DNA of 64,000 nt, taken from assembly GCA_035506195.1 (NCBI GenBank), contig DATJPV010000023.1, positions 1,050-65,049 on the forward strand. The letters run 5' to 3'. Shown one piece after another: positions 40,457 to 49,301 of this stretch (within the stretch, counting starts at the first letter, position 1; each line of letters begins with the position of its first letter). The stretch comes from Patescibacteria group bacterium (GTDB lineage: Bacteria > Omnitrophota > Gorgyraeia > Gygaellales > Profunditerraquicolaceae). A program made the position numbers and the translations under genes. The notes below the pieces were generated by a model. That model did no database searches, was not told where the DNA came from, and saw only the letters and a program-made list of their open reading frames with translations.

Positions 40457-42183
40457 TAATCGGACCCCAACGTAACCGAGAGGGCCTCTTCCAATGAGGT
40501 GAGGCCGTCTTCGACCTTTTTAATTGCCGATTCATACAGTGTTTGCATCCCGTTGTCCCGGGCAACATCCCTGACCCGCTGGAAAGAAGCCCTTTGGTTG
40601 ATCAGGTCCCGTATGGTGTCATTGACTATCATGACCTCGGAGATACAGGCCCTGCCTTTATACCCGAGTTGATTGCACTTGGCGCACCCTTTCGAGCGGT
40701 ATATTAATTCGGTCTTGAGTTTTATGCTCTTGAGCTGTTCGGTAGTAGGCTCATAGGCTTCTTTGCAGTCCGGGCAAAGTTTGCGCAGTAATCTCTGGGC
40801 CACGACCAACAGCAGCGAAGGGGCAATCAGATACGACTCGATACCGATGTCCATAAGGCGCGTTACCGCAGAAGCGGCGTCATTGGTATGCAGAGTGCTT
40901 AATACCAAATGCCCGGTTAACGCCGAACGGATACAGATCTGTGCGGTCTCTAAGTCCCTGACCTCCCCCACCAGCATGATATCCGGGTCCTGGCGTAAAA
41001 AACTTCGCAGGGCGCTGGCAAAAGTCAGGCCTATCTCCGGCTTGACTTGAACCTGGTTGATGCCATCCAGCTTATATTCAACGGGGTCTTCGATGGTGAT
41101 GATGTTTTTCGTGGGGCTCTTTATTTCATTAAGGATCGCATAAAGGGTAGTGGTCTTGCCGCTTCCCGTAGGGCCGGTCAGAAAGATCAGCCCGTAGGGC
41201 ATATTTATCTCCCGGCGTATCTTATCGAGCTGCTTGGAATCAAAACCCATCTGCCCTAGATCCAGGACCACGGAACTGCGGTCCAGTATTCTTAAGACCG
41301 CCTTTTCTCCGTAGATCGTCGGGACGGTAGAAACTCTCAAGTCAATCGGCCGGTCCTCCACCTTGACGAGGAACGCCCCGTCCTGCGGCAGGCGTTTTTC
41401 GGCGATATCCAGCTTACTGAGGATCTTGATACGGGAAACGATCGGTAAATGCAGGTGCCGGGCAGGAGGAGGTATTTCGTACAGCTTGCCATCGATGCGG
41501 TAACGCAGGGATATCTTGTCTTTGAAGGGTTCGATATGTATGTCGGACGCCCTTTCATCGATCGCCTGCCTGATGATCAGATCCACCAATTTTACGACCG
41601 GCGCCTCTTCGGCGCGCGCGATGAGCTTGTCCAGGCTCAGCTCTTGGTCCGGCGGCTCGCCGCTATCCTCTATTTCCTGCGCCGAAGGCAGATCATAGGA
41701 GGCCTCGACCGCCTGTTCCAGCATCTTTGACTTACCGTAAAATTCTTCAATTGCCCGGGTCAGGTCGGATTTAGTAGCGATTACCGGGTTGATCTCGCAG
41801 CCGGTAAGTTTTTTCAAGTTGTCGATAAGGATGAGGTCGAGCGGATCGGCCATGGCCACCGTCAGCGACCGGAGCGTGCGCGATAGGGGAAGCACCAGGT
41901 TCTTGAGGGCAAAATCCTGCGGGATAAAATGCTCCAGGTCCTGATCCGTTGCCGGGCGCAGCATACCGGTGCCCAGAGAAAAATAAGGTATGCCCAGCTG
42001 CTTTCCGAGCACCGCCACGAGCTTGTCTTCCTTGACGATGCCCAGTTTTATGAGAAGCTCTCCCAGGCGGCCGCCCTCCTGCCTCTGGACGCTGATCGCC
42101 TTCTCAAGCTGCGCCTCGGAGACGATGCCTTCCTTTACTAAAAGCTCGCCTAGTTTTAAATATTTCTCTTTGTTATGCGGCAT
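40456..42183 (-). CDS. pilB: type IV pilus assembly ATPase PilB/GspE family
   Basis: 575 aa. N-terminal GSPII_E_N-like domain, Walker A LTGPTGSGKTTTLYA, tetracysteine CPDC...CAKC motif. Confidence 0.9.
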   Translation of the reverse strand: MPHNKEKYLKLGELLVKEGIVSEAQLEKAISVQRQEGGRLGELLIKLGIVKEDKLVAVLGKQLGIPYFSLGTGMLRPATDQDLEHFIPQDFALKNLVLPLSRTLRSLTVAMADPLDLILIDNLKKLTGCEINPVIATKSDLTRAIEEFYGKSKMLEQAVEASYDLPSAQEIEDSGEPPDQELSLDKLIARAEEAPVVKLVDLIIRQAIDERASDIHIEPFKDKISLRYRIDGKLYEIPPPARHLHLPIVSRIKILSKLDIAEKRLPQDGAFLVKVEDRPIDLRVSTVPTIYGEKAVLRILDRSSVVLDLGQMGFDSKQLDKIRREINMPYGLIFLTGPTGSGKTTTLYAILNEIKSPTKNIITIEDPVEYKLDGINQVQVKPEIGLTFASALRSFLRQDPDIMLVGEVRDLETAQICIRSALTGHLVLSTLHTNDAASAVTRLMDIGIESYLIAPSLLLVVAQRLLRKLCPDCKEAYEPTTEQLKSIKLKTELIYRSKGCAKCNQLGYKGRACISEVMIVNDTIRDLINQRASFQRVRDVARDNGMQTLYESAIKKVEDGLTSLEEALSVTLGSD

Positions 42184-42196
42184 GTGTCCTTAGGGA

Positions 42197-43744
42197 TTAC
42201 TGCCACTTTTCGATATTATCCAGGCTCGAATTTATAAGCGACCGGCGGTCGCCCCGTGCCCCCGTGCCCTGCTCTCTTTCGGGAAGCGCAATCTCCCCTG
42301 CCTTGACAAGCTCCATGTTGGAATCCTTGATGATGTGGGGCGTGATAAACACCAGAAGTTCCCTATCCAAATCGATAGACTGATTCTTGTGCCGGAATAA
42401 TGCGCCCATGATGGGGATATCCCCCAGGAAAGGCACTTTTTTACTGACTATCTCCTTATCCGTATGGATCAAGCCTCCGACCACCACCGTGTCTCCGTCC
42501 TTGACCTTAACGATGGATTTGCTGGCCCTGACCTCGGCATCTGCCTGCGTGGCGGCCAAGGGGCTGACGGAAGTAACGCTCGACTTGGGGTTGATCACCA
42601 TGGTGATCTCGCCGGTTTCCGGGTTGACCTGGGGAGTGACTCTTAAATAAATACCCACCCCTTCGGGGGTAAGCTTAAGGTCTGTCGACCGTATATATTC
42701 GGTAGCGGTCGATTGGCCGGCGCTCGTAGAGTTGGTAGTCTCCTTCTTGCCCACCACCTCGTCTCGGGTGATGGAGATCTCCGCGGTTTCGTTGTTCAAA
42801 GTCAACAGCTTCGGCCGGGCCAAATATTTCACGTCGTTCTGCGTATGCAGAAGGTCCATGACTATCTGGTATGATGCGCTCGTGCCGTCTAGCTTAGATG
42901 TGTTAAGGCTTATGGATCCGGCCCCGCTTGTCGTGCTGCCGCCGGTGCCGGTTCCGGTTGAGCTGTCGAAATTACTCCATTTTCCGAAAGGAAACGGGAA
43001 CCGCGTAGGGGCGGTGGCACCGGTCAATACCATCGTAAACGGCGACTGGCTGTATTCAAACCCCATCTTATCAACCACGTTCTTGGAGACATCCAGGATC
43101 TCGACTTCAATGAGTACCTGAGAAACGGGGACATCCAATAAAGCAATGGTCTTCTCGATCAAAGGCATGCGGCTGGGTACCTCGGTAACTACCAGGCTGT
43201 TCGTGCGGTAATCCTCGATCACCGAGCCCTGAGCAGAAAGAAGTTTCTGGATGGTATTGGTAAGGCAGGCGGTATCTTTTTCTTTGTTGGCGGCGCCGGC
43301 ATTCATGCCCGTCACGCTGACCTGCGACATTTCCTGCCTGACTGCGGATGTCACCACCGAAGCATGCTTCAGAGGGAACACCTTGGTGACCGTGTCTGCC
43401 TGAGGCTTACCCCAGTCCTTGACTACGATGATATTTGATTCCTCATACAAGTCATAGGAAAGGTTATTGGCTTTAAAGAGCTTATCTACCACCTCCTTGA
43501 GCGGCACATTATCCAGGAAAAGGGTGATCTTGCGGTCCTGGACCGCTTCGGAAGCGATGAAATTAAAGCCCGACTGAACGGAAAGTATCTTAAGCACATC
43601 CTTCAGGCTGGCGTTCTGAAAATCCATGGACACGTTTATCGCGGACACGTCGGAGAACGCGTCTACCGCCGCCTCCAGCCGCGGAAACGCTATCATCGTA
43701 AAAAGAGCCGCTGCTATTGCCACGCTCCTAATGTTCTTTCTCAT
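42197..43744 (-). CDS. pilQ: secretin (PilQ/GspD family)
   Basis: 515 aa. Signal peptide, N-domains, and a C-terminal secretin domain (VVVGGLIHTDKEIVSKKVPFLGDIPIMGALFRHKN...LLVFITPHII). Confidence 0.88.
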   Translation of the reverse strand: MRKNIRSVAIAAALFTMIAFPRLEAAVDAFSDVSAINVSMDFQNASLKDVLKILSVQSGFNFIASEAVQDRKITLFLDNVPLKEVVDKLFKANNLSYDLYEESNIIVVKDWGKPQADTVTKVFPLKHASVVTSAVRQEMSQVSVTGMNAGAANKEKDTACLTNTIQKLLSAQGSVIEDYRTNSLVVTEVPSRMPLIEKTIALLDVPVSQVLIEVEILDVSKNVVDKMGFEYSQSPFTMVLTGATAPTRFPFPFGKWSNFDSSTGTGTGGSTTSGAGSISLNTSKLDGTSASYQIVMDLLHTQNDVKYLARPKLLTLNNETAEISITRDEVVGKKETTNSTSAGQSTATEYIRSTDLKLTPEGVGIYLRVTPQVNPETGEITMVINPKSSVTSVSPLAATQADAEVRASKSIVKVKDGDTVVVGGLIHTDKEIVSKKVPFLGDIPIMGALFRHKNQSIDLDRELLVFITPHIIKDSNMELVKAGEIALPEREQGTGARGDRRSLINSSLDNIEKWQ

Positions 43745-44264
43745 CAGTTCCTCCTTTTGCTTTACGCGCTATATGTGCTAAGCTTGCCTGAGTAGGAGAA
43801 AGCACGTCATAGGTACGATTATTAAATGATACGGTTATGCCGTCTTTATTGATCGTTTCGACCCGGACCTTGTCCTCGGCGTTGGGCCCTCCTACCACTA
43901 TGGTGTCCCCCGCCTTGGCTACCTGTCCGTTGACGATTACCTGAGGAAATTTGCCGCCCCACATAATGCCTTCAATGGTCACGTTCGGCAAAGGCTTATC
44001 GACTTTCTCGTCTTTCTTTGTTTCGACGACCGGCTGCTCGTTCTTGCGGATACGCGCCCGAAAAGGATCCTTGAGGCCTTCTGCCTTATACGTCAGCGCT
44101 GCCTGGTCGGCTGCCGGGGGAGCCGGGTTGGCGGCAGTTTTTTCCGCTGGCAAGAAACGTTTGGTGTCTTGCGCAAACGATTCCGCCCCTGCCCCCGTAA
44201 CGATCACCGGGACAGCCACGCAACACACCGCCAATAGCGTCTTAAGCCGGTTATGCATCGTCAA
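43728..44264 (-). CDS. PilP-like periplasmic pilus-assembly protein (tentative)
   Basis: 178 aa. Signal peptide, Pro/Ala-rich linker, C-terminal beta-rich domain. Position between pilO and the secretin. Confidence 0.45.
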   Translation of the reverse strand: MTMHNRLKTLLAVCCVAVPVIVTGAGAESFAQDTKRFLPAEKTAANPAPPAADQAALTYKAEGLKDPFRARIRKNEQPVVETKKDEKVDKPLPNVTIEGIMWGGKFPQVIVNGQVAKAGDTIVVGGPNAEDKVRVETINKDGITVSFNNRTYDVLSPTQASLAHIARKAKGGTDEKEH

Positions 44265-44791
44265 TTCTGAAAGAGTAGGGTGGAAATGGTCATTTTCACG
44301 GTCAGTTTTTCGACCAGTTTTTCTCCCTGCAAAAATTCCTGGGGCTTCATCTCCAGCAGATCGACCGAAAACACGCTCGGGTGGCTTTCAAGCTTACTGA
44401 TGAACTTGCCGAGGGCGTGGTAGCTGTCGACCGACACCATGAGCTCAAAAGGGTATTTCGTATAGAGATTAAAGGTGGCCTGTTCCGCCGGCCTGATGGA
44501 AATAATACGTACGGAGTTCTCCTTGGCCACGGCGGCAATCGTATTGAGGGACGTATTCATATCCTTGCCGTTGACGGTTTTCTTCAAAGCGCTTATTTTC
44601 TGGTCGATGGCAGTGATCTCTTCAAGGACGACGTTCTTTTTCTCTTCGCTTGTTGCTTTTTCCTTTAGGGCGGCTATTTTCTTGTTTTGCGCATCATAAA
44701 TCCGGAAGGAAAGGAATAGCGCAAGCACCACCAGCGCCACATTGATGATGGTGTTTTTATACTTCGTAATCTGATCGAGCCCTTCTATCAT
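44261..44791 (-). CDS. pilO: PilO-like pilus-assembly protein
   Basis: 176 aa. N-terminal TM, coiled coil, C-terminal domain. Position after pilMN. Confidence 0.6.
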   Translation of the reverse strand: MIEGLDQITKYKNTIINVALVVLALFLSFRIYDAQNKKIAALKEKATSEEKKNVVLEEITAIDQKISALKKTVNGKDMNTSLNTIAAVAKENSVRIISIRPAEQATFNLYTKYPFELMVSVDSYHALGKFISKLESHPSVFSVDLLEMKPQEFLQGEKLVEKLTVKMTISTLLFQN

Positions 44792-44800
44792 GCGTACCCC

Positions 44801-46372
44801 TTAGTTGGGAGAGAACCCCGTACACGAGATCGCGAATTTTGTCGCCGGGACCTCTTCCATTTCTTCGCGGACGATAGACGTGATGCTGATATCCTTAAAA
44901 TATTTGCTGAATGCCGGATTAGCCCTTAAGGCGGCAATAAAAATGTTAACTGCTTCAAATTCCTTTTCGCCATCCTTCAGGTAGGCCTCTCCTTCCAGCA
45001 CGACGGAAACCTTGTTCTCTTCTTTCGTAAAAGCGAAATTTGTCAGCCAGACCCCATCCGGAAGCAGGCTGGGGATAATCTGGAGCTGATCGGTCAGATA
45101 GAGCCGTTTACGCACGAGGCTGTCCATGGCATCCAGCCTCTTTTTAAACTCCGTGCTTACGCCCTTTAAGTCTTCATAGGGGATATTGGGATTTACCGCC
45201 GACACCTGCGGCCGGGCATTCAGGATCCTGTTGAGCTGCTGCTGCAACGGCTGTAGCTGGTAGTAGCCGTAACCGAACACTCCCATGCACAGCAGGATAC
45301 ATCCGATGACGACGCGGGAATCGAGCTTAAAATCAGCTAGGGAGGCAAGCGAAAATTTCTCCGCCGGGGCAGGAACGCCGGGCTCCTTGGCGGTCCTGGT
45401 CTTTGCCCTGGCTGCCAACAGGTCGATTTTGGGGGCGATCTTGACTTTCTTTGCCAAAGAGCAGCCGTAACTTTTCAGGAAGCTCATGCTAAACGCTATA
45501 TCCCGTCCGGTAAAGGGAGCGGTTTCCGCGAACCTGACCGCCAATCCTATTTCCTTGATCAAGGCCTCCAGGTCTGCCCGGGAATCTTCGCTGGCGATGA
45601 CAAAGGTCTTCTCGATATTTTTCGTCGGAAATTTCCGGTCATAATAATCCAAAGAAATGCGGATCTCCGTCTTGAGCTTCTCCAAAATGGTAGCTAGGTC
45701 TATCTTTTCGGTCTGCCCCAGCTCATCCGGCCTGCCGATAAGAGTGATATCGCGGCTGAACAACGGAAAACCGTTATCCAAAACTACGAAATTAACTTCG
45801 TTTTCCTCCTGGAAATCCATACTCATGATCCCGATGGTCCCCTTGTTGCTCATCCTTCCCAGGTCGGTCACTTGCAAAAAACGCAATATGCTGAACATCG
45901 AATACTCAATAGTATTGATTTTGATATCCAGTTGGCTCAAGATCGCTAGGTACTTGCTCAGGACTTCCTTCTTTATGCCGACAAAGAGGATCAGGTTCTT
46001 ATGGCTGCTGCGGTCAAATTGAATCTGGTAGGCCGCGACCAGGTCTTCGACCTTGAATGGTATATATTTCTTCGCCTCGAACATCACGGCCCCGCCCATT
46101 TCTTCGGAAGGCAATGCCGGCAGTTCAAAAGTACGTATGATCAAGTCCCTGCCGGAAAGGGCGATGGAGGCCTCTTGACTGTCGATCTTATGCGCGCGCA
46201 AGGCGTCTTTAAAAAGCGCTACCATCTTAAGTTCGTCAGGCACCTTCTCTTCAAATTCGGGGCCCGAGACGGAAGCGCGGGGTACCTGAATGTTATTCAA
46301 GACCTTCTTGCCGTCAGACTCCAGGATCGTGATGATCTTCGGGCCAAAATAGATTCCAAGCGAATTTTTCAT
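44801..46372 (-). CDS. pilMN: PilM-PilN fusion protein (actin-like ATPase domain plus TM/periplasmic PilN domain)
   Basis: 523 aa. The first ~330 aa are a PilM/FtsA-like fold. A TM segment VIGCILLCMGVFGYGYY follows at ~aa 375, then a PilN-like periplasmic region. Confidence 0.8.
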   Translation of the reverse strand: MKNSLGIYFGPKIITILESDGKKVLNNIQVPRASVSGPEFEEKVPDELKMVALFKDALRAHKIDSQEASIALSGRDLIIRTFELPALPSEEMGGAVMFEAKKYIPFKVEDLVAAYQIQFDRSSHKNLILFVGIKKEVLSKYLAILSQLDIKINTIEYSMFSILRFLQVTDLGRMSNKGTIGIMSMDFQEENEVNFVVLDNGFPLFSRDITLIGRPDELGQTEKIDLATILEKLKTEIRISLDYYDRKFPTKNIEKTFVIASEDSRADLEALIKEIGLAVRFAETAPFTGRDIAFSMSFLKSYGCSLAKKVKIAPKIDLLAARAKTRTAKEPGVPAPAEKFSLASLADFKLDSRVVIGCILLCMGVFGYGYYQLQPLQQQLNRILNARPQVSAVNPNIPYEDLKGVSTEFKKRLDAMDSLVRKRLYLTDQLQIIPSLLPDGVWLTNFAFTKEENKVSVVLEGEAYLKDGEKEFEAVNIFIAALRANPAFSKYFKDISITSIVREEMEEVPATKFAISCTGFSPN

Positions 46373-46560
46373 TGTCCTTCCCCGGGTTGCGACAGACGCC
46401 TGCGGCTCTTAAGCCAGGCATCTATATCCCGCCTGTCAAATCTCCATACTCCGCCTACTTTGATACCGGAAATTTTGCGCTGGGAAAGCCAGTTGTAGAT
46501 AGTCTGCTTGCGTAACCGCAGATAATCTGCCAACTCATCGATATCCATCAATCTCGACAT
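46369..46560 (-). CDS. excisionase/MerR-superfamily helix-turn-helix DNA-binding protein, first gene of the pil operon
   Basis: 63 aa; DIDELADYLRLRKQTIYNWLSQRKISGIKVGGVWRFDRRDIDAWL matches the excisionase-family HTH pattern. Its stop overlaps the pilMN start (ATGA). Confidence 0.75.
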   Translation of the reverse strand: MSRLMDIDELADYLRLRKQTIYNWLSQRKISGIKVGGVWRFDRRDIDAWLKSRRRLSQPGEGQ

Positions 46561-46599
46561 GAAGCTTTACCTTTCTTTACGTAAAACACAACCGTGTTA

Positions 46600-46667
46600 A
46601 TTAGAACATAAAAGTTTACTTTTGTCAACTATTTTTTTACTTAAACTTACTTAAACTTACTTAGATT
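46600..46667 (-). promoter_or_regulatory. AT-rich promoter region with TTGACA box and 10-bp direct repeats (TTACTTAAAC x2.8) upstream of the HTH/pil operon
   Basis: Minus strand reads ...AAGTAAGTTTAAGTAAGTTTAAGTAAAAAAATAG-TTGACA-AAAGTAAACTTTTATGT-TCTAAT. The repeats at 46638-46667 sit just upstream of the -35. Confidence 0.4.
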
Positions 46668-46742
46668 TAAATTTCGTTATTATAACTAATTGCAACTATA
46701 GATGTTAGATAGAGGCTTTTAAGGAAGGGGAAGGTTTAAATA

Positions 46743-47111
46743 TTAAAGTTGAAACTGGTAGTTGATATCGACAGTGATGACTTTGGCGTTCGGCACGCCG
46801 GAGACGGGGGTACCAATAGCGGGAGCATCGGCAATATTAATGTCTACGCGATAGGGGATATCGCTGTCATTAGCGGTACAGCCGGAAGCGCAGAGAGTAC
46901 GATTGCCTGTGCCCCAGTTCAAATACCGCAACCCATCGATTGCCAGATTTATACCGGCAATCCCTGCGTAATAGGCACGCGCTCTTTCTATGCGATGGCT
47001 GGTAATCCGGGATTGGTTGGAAACAAGGTTGGCAACAATGAATGCCAGAGTTAACACCGTTATAAGCATGGCTATTACAACCGTTAACGCCGCAGCCTTG
47101 CGAGTACGCAT
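46743..47111 (-). CDS. PilX-N-like minor pilin / pilus-associated protein (tentative)
   Basis: 122 aa. N-terminal hydrophobic helix RKAAALTVVIAMLITVLTLAFIVANL followed by RARAYYAGIAG, reminiscent of PilX/GspK N-domains. No E+5. Confidence 0.4.
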   Translation of the reverse strand: MRTRKAAALTVVIAMLITVLTLAFIVANLVSNQSRITSHRIERARAYYAGIAGINLAIDGLRYLNWGTGNRTLCASGCTANDSDIPYRVDINIADAPAIGTPVSGVPNAKVITVDINYQFQL

Positions 47112-47114
47112 ATG

Positions 47115-47321
47115 TCAGACGTACCTTCTCAGGCTTACCTTATAATCGGCTTCGGTTTGCTGCAGCACCACATGCCCTTCCCTGGCAAGCCACCCCAAGC
47201 TCATCAATACGGTGTCGCGCGGTTTTTCAATCCCCGAAACCAACGCTGAAAGCGTAACCTCACCGTGCTGGTCTAAAAAGTGCCAGATATCGCCTGCAAC
47301 AATACCTATCTCTGTAATCAT
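47115..47321 (-). CDS. small winged-helix-like protein (hypothetical)
   Basis: 68 aa. Helix-turn-helix-plus-wing pattern (GEVTLSALVSGIEKPRDTVLMSLGWLAREGHVVL...YKVSL). Own promoter and strong SD AGGGAGGG. Its stop lies 3 nt before the PilX-like start. Confidence 0.45.
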   Translation of the reverse strand: MITEIGIVAGDIWHFLDQHGEVTLSALVSGIEKPRDTVLMSLGWLAREGHVVLQQTEADYKVSLRRYV

Positions 47322-47341
47322 CGTTATCCCTCCCTATAATT

Positions 47342-47370
47342 ATTTTATAGATAACCCTATGTGCTGTCAA
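47342..47370 (-). promoter_or_regulatory. sigma70-type promoter (TTGACA-17-TAAAAT) for the winged-helix gene
   Basis: Minus strand reads TTGACA-GCACATAGGGTTATCTA-TAAAAT, then TATAGGGAGGGATAACG-ATG. Confidence 0.5.
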
Positions 47371-47399
47371 CTGTTTTTATAGGCTGCCCCCCGGCTAGG

Positions 47400-47621
47400 C
47401 TATTTTTTGTTGTAACTGCCGCAGCGGGGACAGACCGAAATAACGTCTTCCTTTGTGTTTACGTACGTATACGTACAGACGGAACAAAACCAAATAAAGC
47501 GGGAATCCAGGGACAGGTCTTTGTCTTTCTGCTTTTTTTCGAACAACCACGCCAGGAACACGCACACTAAGAATAAGAGCGTTGACAACGCGATAGCCAC
47601 GGAAAAATCGATGCTGATCAT
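47400..47621 (-). CDS. small membrane protein with C-terminal zinc-ribbon (hypothetical)
   Basis: 73 aa. One TM (VAIALSTLLFLVCVFLAWLF), then CSVC...13 residues...CPRC. Confidence 0.5.
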   Translation of the reverse strand: MISIDFSVAIALSTLLFLVCVFLAWLFEKKQKDKDLSLDSRFIWFCSVCTYTYVNTKEDVISVCPRCGSYNKK

Positions 47622-47625
47622 ACGA

Positions 47626-48261
47626 TTATTTCTGAGGAGACAGCTCTATTTTGACCGTCTGCCACGCATCCAGGGGAAGGTTTCTTTGCTGCATAAAAAG
47701 GTAACGGCCCAGATATCGCATGGTCAACAGGTCCGCTTCCAGATTGCCGGATGATATCTTTCTCTTGACGATCAATGCGTTGGTCTTCGAATCGGCAGGG
47801 GATGCCTTCCTAAACATAAGTTCGATATGCACCGCTTGTCGATCCTTGAAATAAAGCGAAAAATTATGCGGCAGAGGCGGATAAAACATGAGTACCGCGC
47901 CTTTTTTGACGGGAGGCGCAGAAGACGCAAGGGACTCGACATATGAAATTTTATCAGCGTTTAAAGACGCCGGCATTGCGTGCGGCTTGACGTAATAATC
48001 GTACGCGCCGGCCATCCGTTGATCAGGCTGACGCAAAAGCCTGGTGTCCGGCTCTGGCGACGGCAATAGCATCTTTAGCGAAGATGGTTTTACCCGGGGG
48101 GCGCGCAGAAAATCAGCGGGTAACCATGACCCCCAGAAAGAAACAGCGGTATAGTTTGCCTTGGGCAGGACGGGATTGAAGGACAGGTTAAAAACTCCCA
48201 GGAGGGTGATATGGCTTAACAAGGAAATAAAAACGCTTTTTTTAAAAAGTTGGCTCATTGC
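47626..48261 (-). CDS. membrane-anchored periplasmic protein downstream of exbBD (possible TonB/TolA-like partner; hypothetical)
   Basis: The track ORF starts at 48309. ATG 48261 (MSQLFKKSVFISLLSHITLLGVF) reduces the overlap with exbD to 7 nt. Single N-terminal TM, Pro-rich stretch. No recognisable TonB C-terminal domain. Confidence 0.35.
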   Translation of the reverse strand, partial: AMSQLFKKSVFISLLSHITLLGVFNLSFNPVLPKANYTAVSFWGSWLPADFLRAPRVKPSSLKMLLPSPEPDTRLLRQPDQRMAGAYDYYVKPHAMPASLNADKISYVESLASSAPPVKKGAVLMFYPPLPHNFSLYFKDRQAVHIELMFRKASPADSKTNALIVKRKISSGNLEADLLTMRYLGRYLFMQQRNLPLDAWQTVKIELSPQK

Positions 48262-48659
48262 TCTTGATTGGTCGCTATGTTGACGTGGCTGACGTTGAGC
48301 TGGCGGCACATATCCCAGACCTGCACCGCTGCCCCCAGTGATGTGCGTTTATCCGCTTTGATGAGGACGGACACATCCCGCTTAGCCACCTGCCGCAAGA
48401 GGCCCTCCAGTTCCTGGGCAGTCATGGCTTTGCCGTTGACATAGATGACGTTCTCGGCGGAGATGGCGATATCGATATTATCATATTTGACGACTTCGCT
48501 GGTGACCGCCTTAGGCAAATGTATCGCAATGCCCGGCTGCATGACAAAACTGGAAGTAAGCATGAAAAAAATCAACAGCAGGAATACCATATCGATGAGC
48601 GGGGCAATGTCTATTTGTTTGAGACCATGCTCAAGCTCCACATGCCGCTTGAAACGCAT
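48255..48659 (-). CDS. exbD: ExbD/TolR family biopolymer transport protein
   Basis: 134 aa; IDIAPLIDMVFLLLIFFM TM plus periplasmic domain, typical ExbD/TolR. Confidence 0.85.
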   Translation of the reverse strand: MRFKRHVELEHGLKQIDIAPLIDMVFLLLIFFMLTSSFVMQPGIAIHLPKAVTSEVVKYDNIDIAISAENVIYVNGKAMTAQELEGLLRQVAKRDVSVLIKADKRTSLGAAVQVWDMCRQLNVSHVNIATNQEQ

Positions 48660-48667
48660 GTATCCTC

Positions 48668-49300
48668 CTACTCCGTAAGGAAGTTGACCAATTCTGTCGC
48701 TGCTTTTTCCATTTCCAGGATCAGGGTATTGATCCGGCTCACCAAATAATTATAGGCTACAAACGTGGGTATCGCCACGATCAAGCCGGCTACGGTCGTC
48801 AGTAGCGCCTCCCAGATACCCCCTGCCAGGTCGCCGGGAGAAACGGGGTGAAAACTGGTAGCCTTAGCCTGAATGACCTGGAAACACCTGACCATCCCGG
48901 TCACTGTCCCCAATAAGCCGAGCAGCGGCGATATGTGCGCAATGGTAGCCAGGGCGGTAAGGTTCTTCTCAAGCTTCGGCACCTCATACAGGGAGGCATC
49001 TTCGATCGCCTCCTTTATCTGGGGACGAGGCCTGTCGTATTTGAGGATACCTGCCTTGAGTATGTGCGAGATCGGACTTTTGGTCTTATCGCAGGTTGCC
49101 AGCGCCTCTTTTATCTGGTGATGTTTCATCTTATCCAGGATCGTCGCCAGAAACTCAGCCGTATCTATCCTTATCTTGTGCAGGTACCAGAACTTATCCA
49201 AGATTATCGCCATGGCAAAGATCGAACAAAACAGTATCGGCCACATTACCGGCCCGCCTGCAAGAAACGTCTGCCACAACCCCATCTTGTACAAATCCAT
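48668..49300 (-). CDS. exbB: MotA/TolQ/ExbB proton-channel family protein
   Basis: 210 aa. 3 TM with the conserved ISPLLGLLGTVTGM...AL.TT..GL segment. Confidence 0.85.
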   Translation of the reverse strand: MDLYKMGLWQTFLAGGPVMWPILFCSIFAMAIILDKFWYLHKIRIDTAEFLATILDKMKHHQIKEALATCDKTKSPISHILKAGILKYDRPRPQIKEAIEDASLYEVPKLEKNLTALATIAHISPLLGLLGTVTGMVRCFQVIQAKATSFHPVSPGDLAGGIWEALLTTVAGLIVAIPTFVAYNYLVSRINTLILEMEKAATELVNFLTE

Positions 49301-49301
49301 C

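Noticed and set aside
47626-48309. Calling the protein downstream of exbD a TonB or TolA
   Set aside because: It has an N-terminal anchor and a Pro-rich stretch, but I cannot recognise a TonB C-terminal or TolA domain. Kept as a hypothetical anchored protein.
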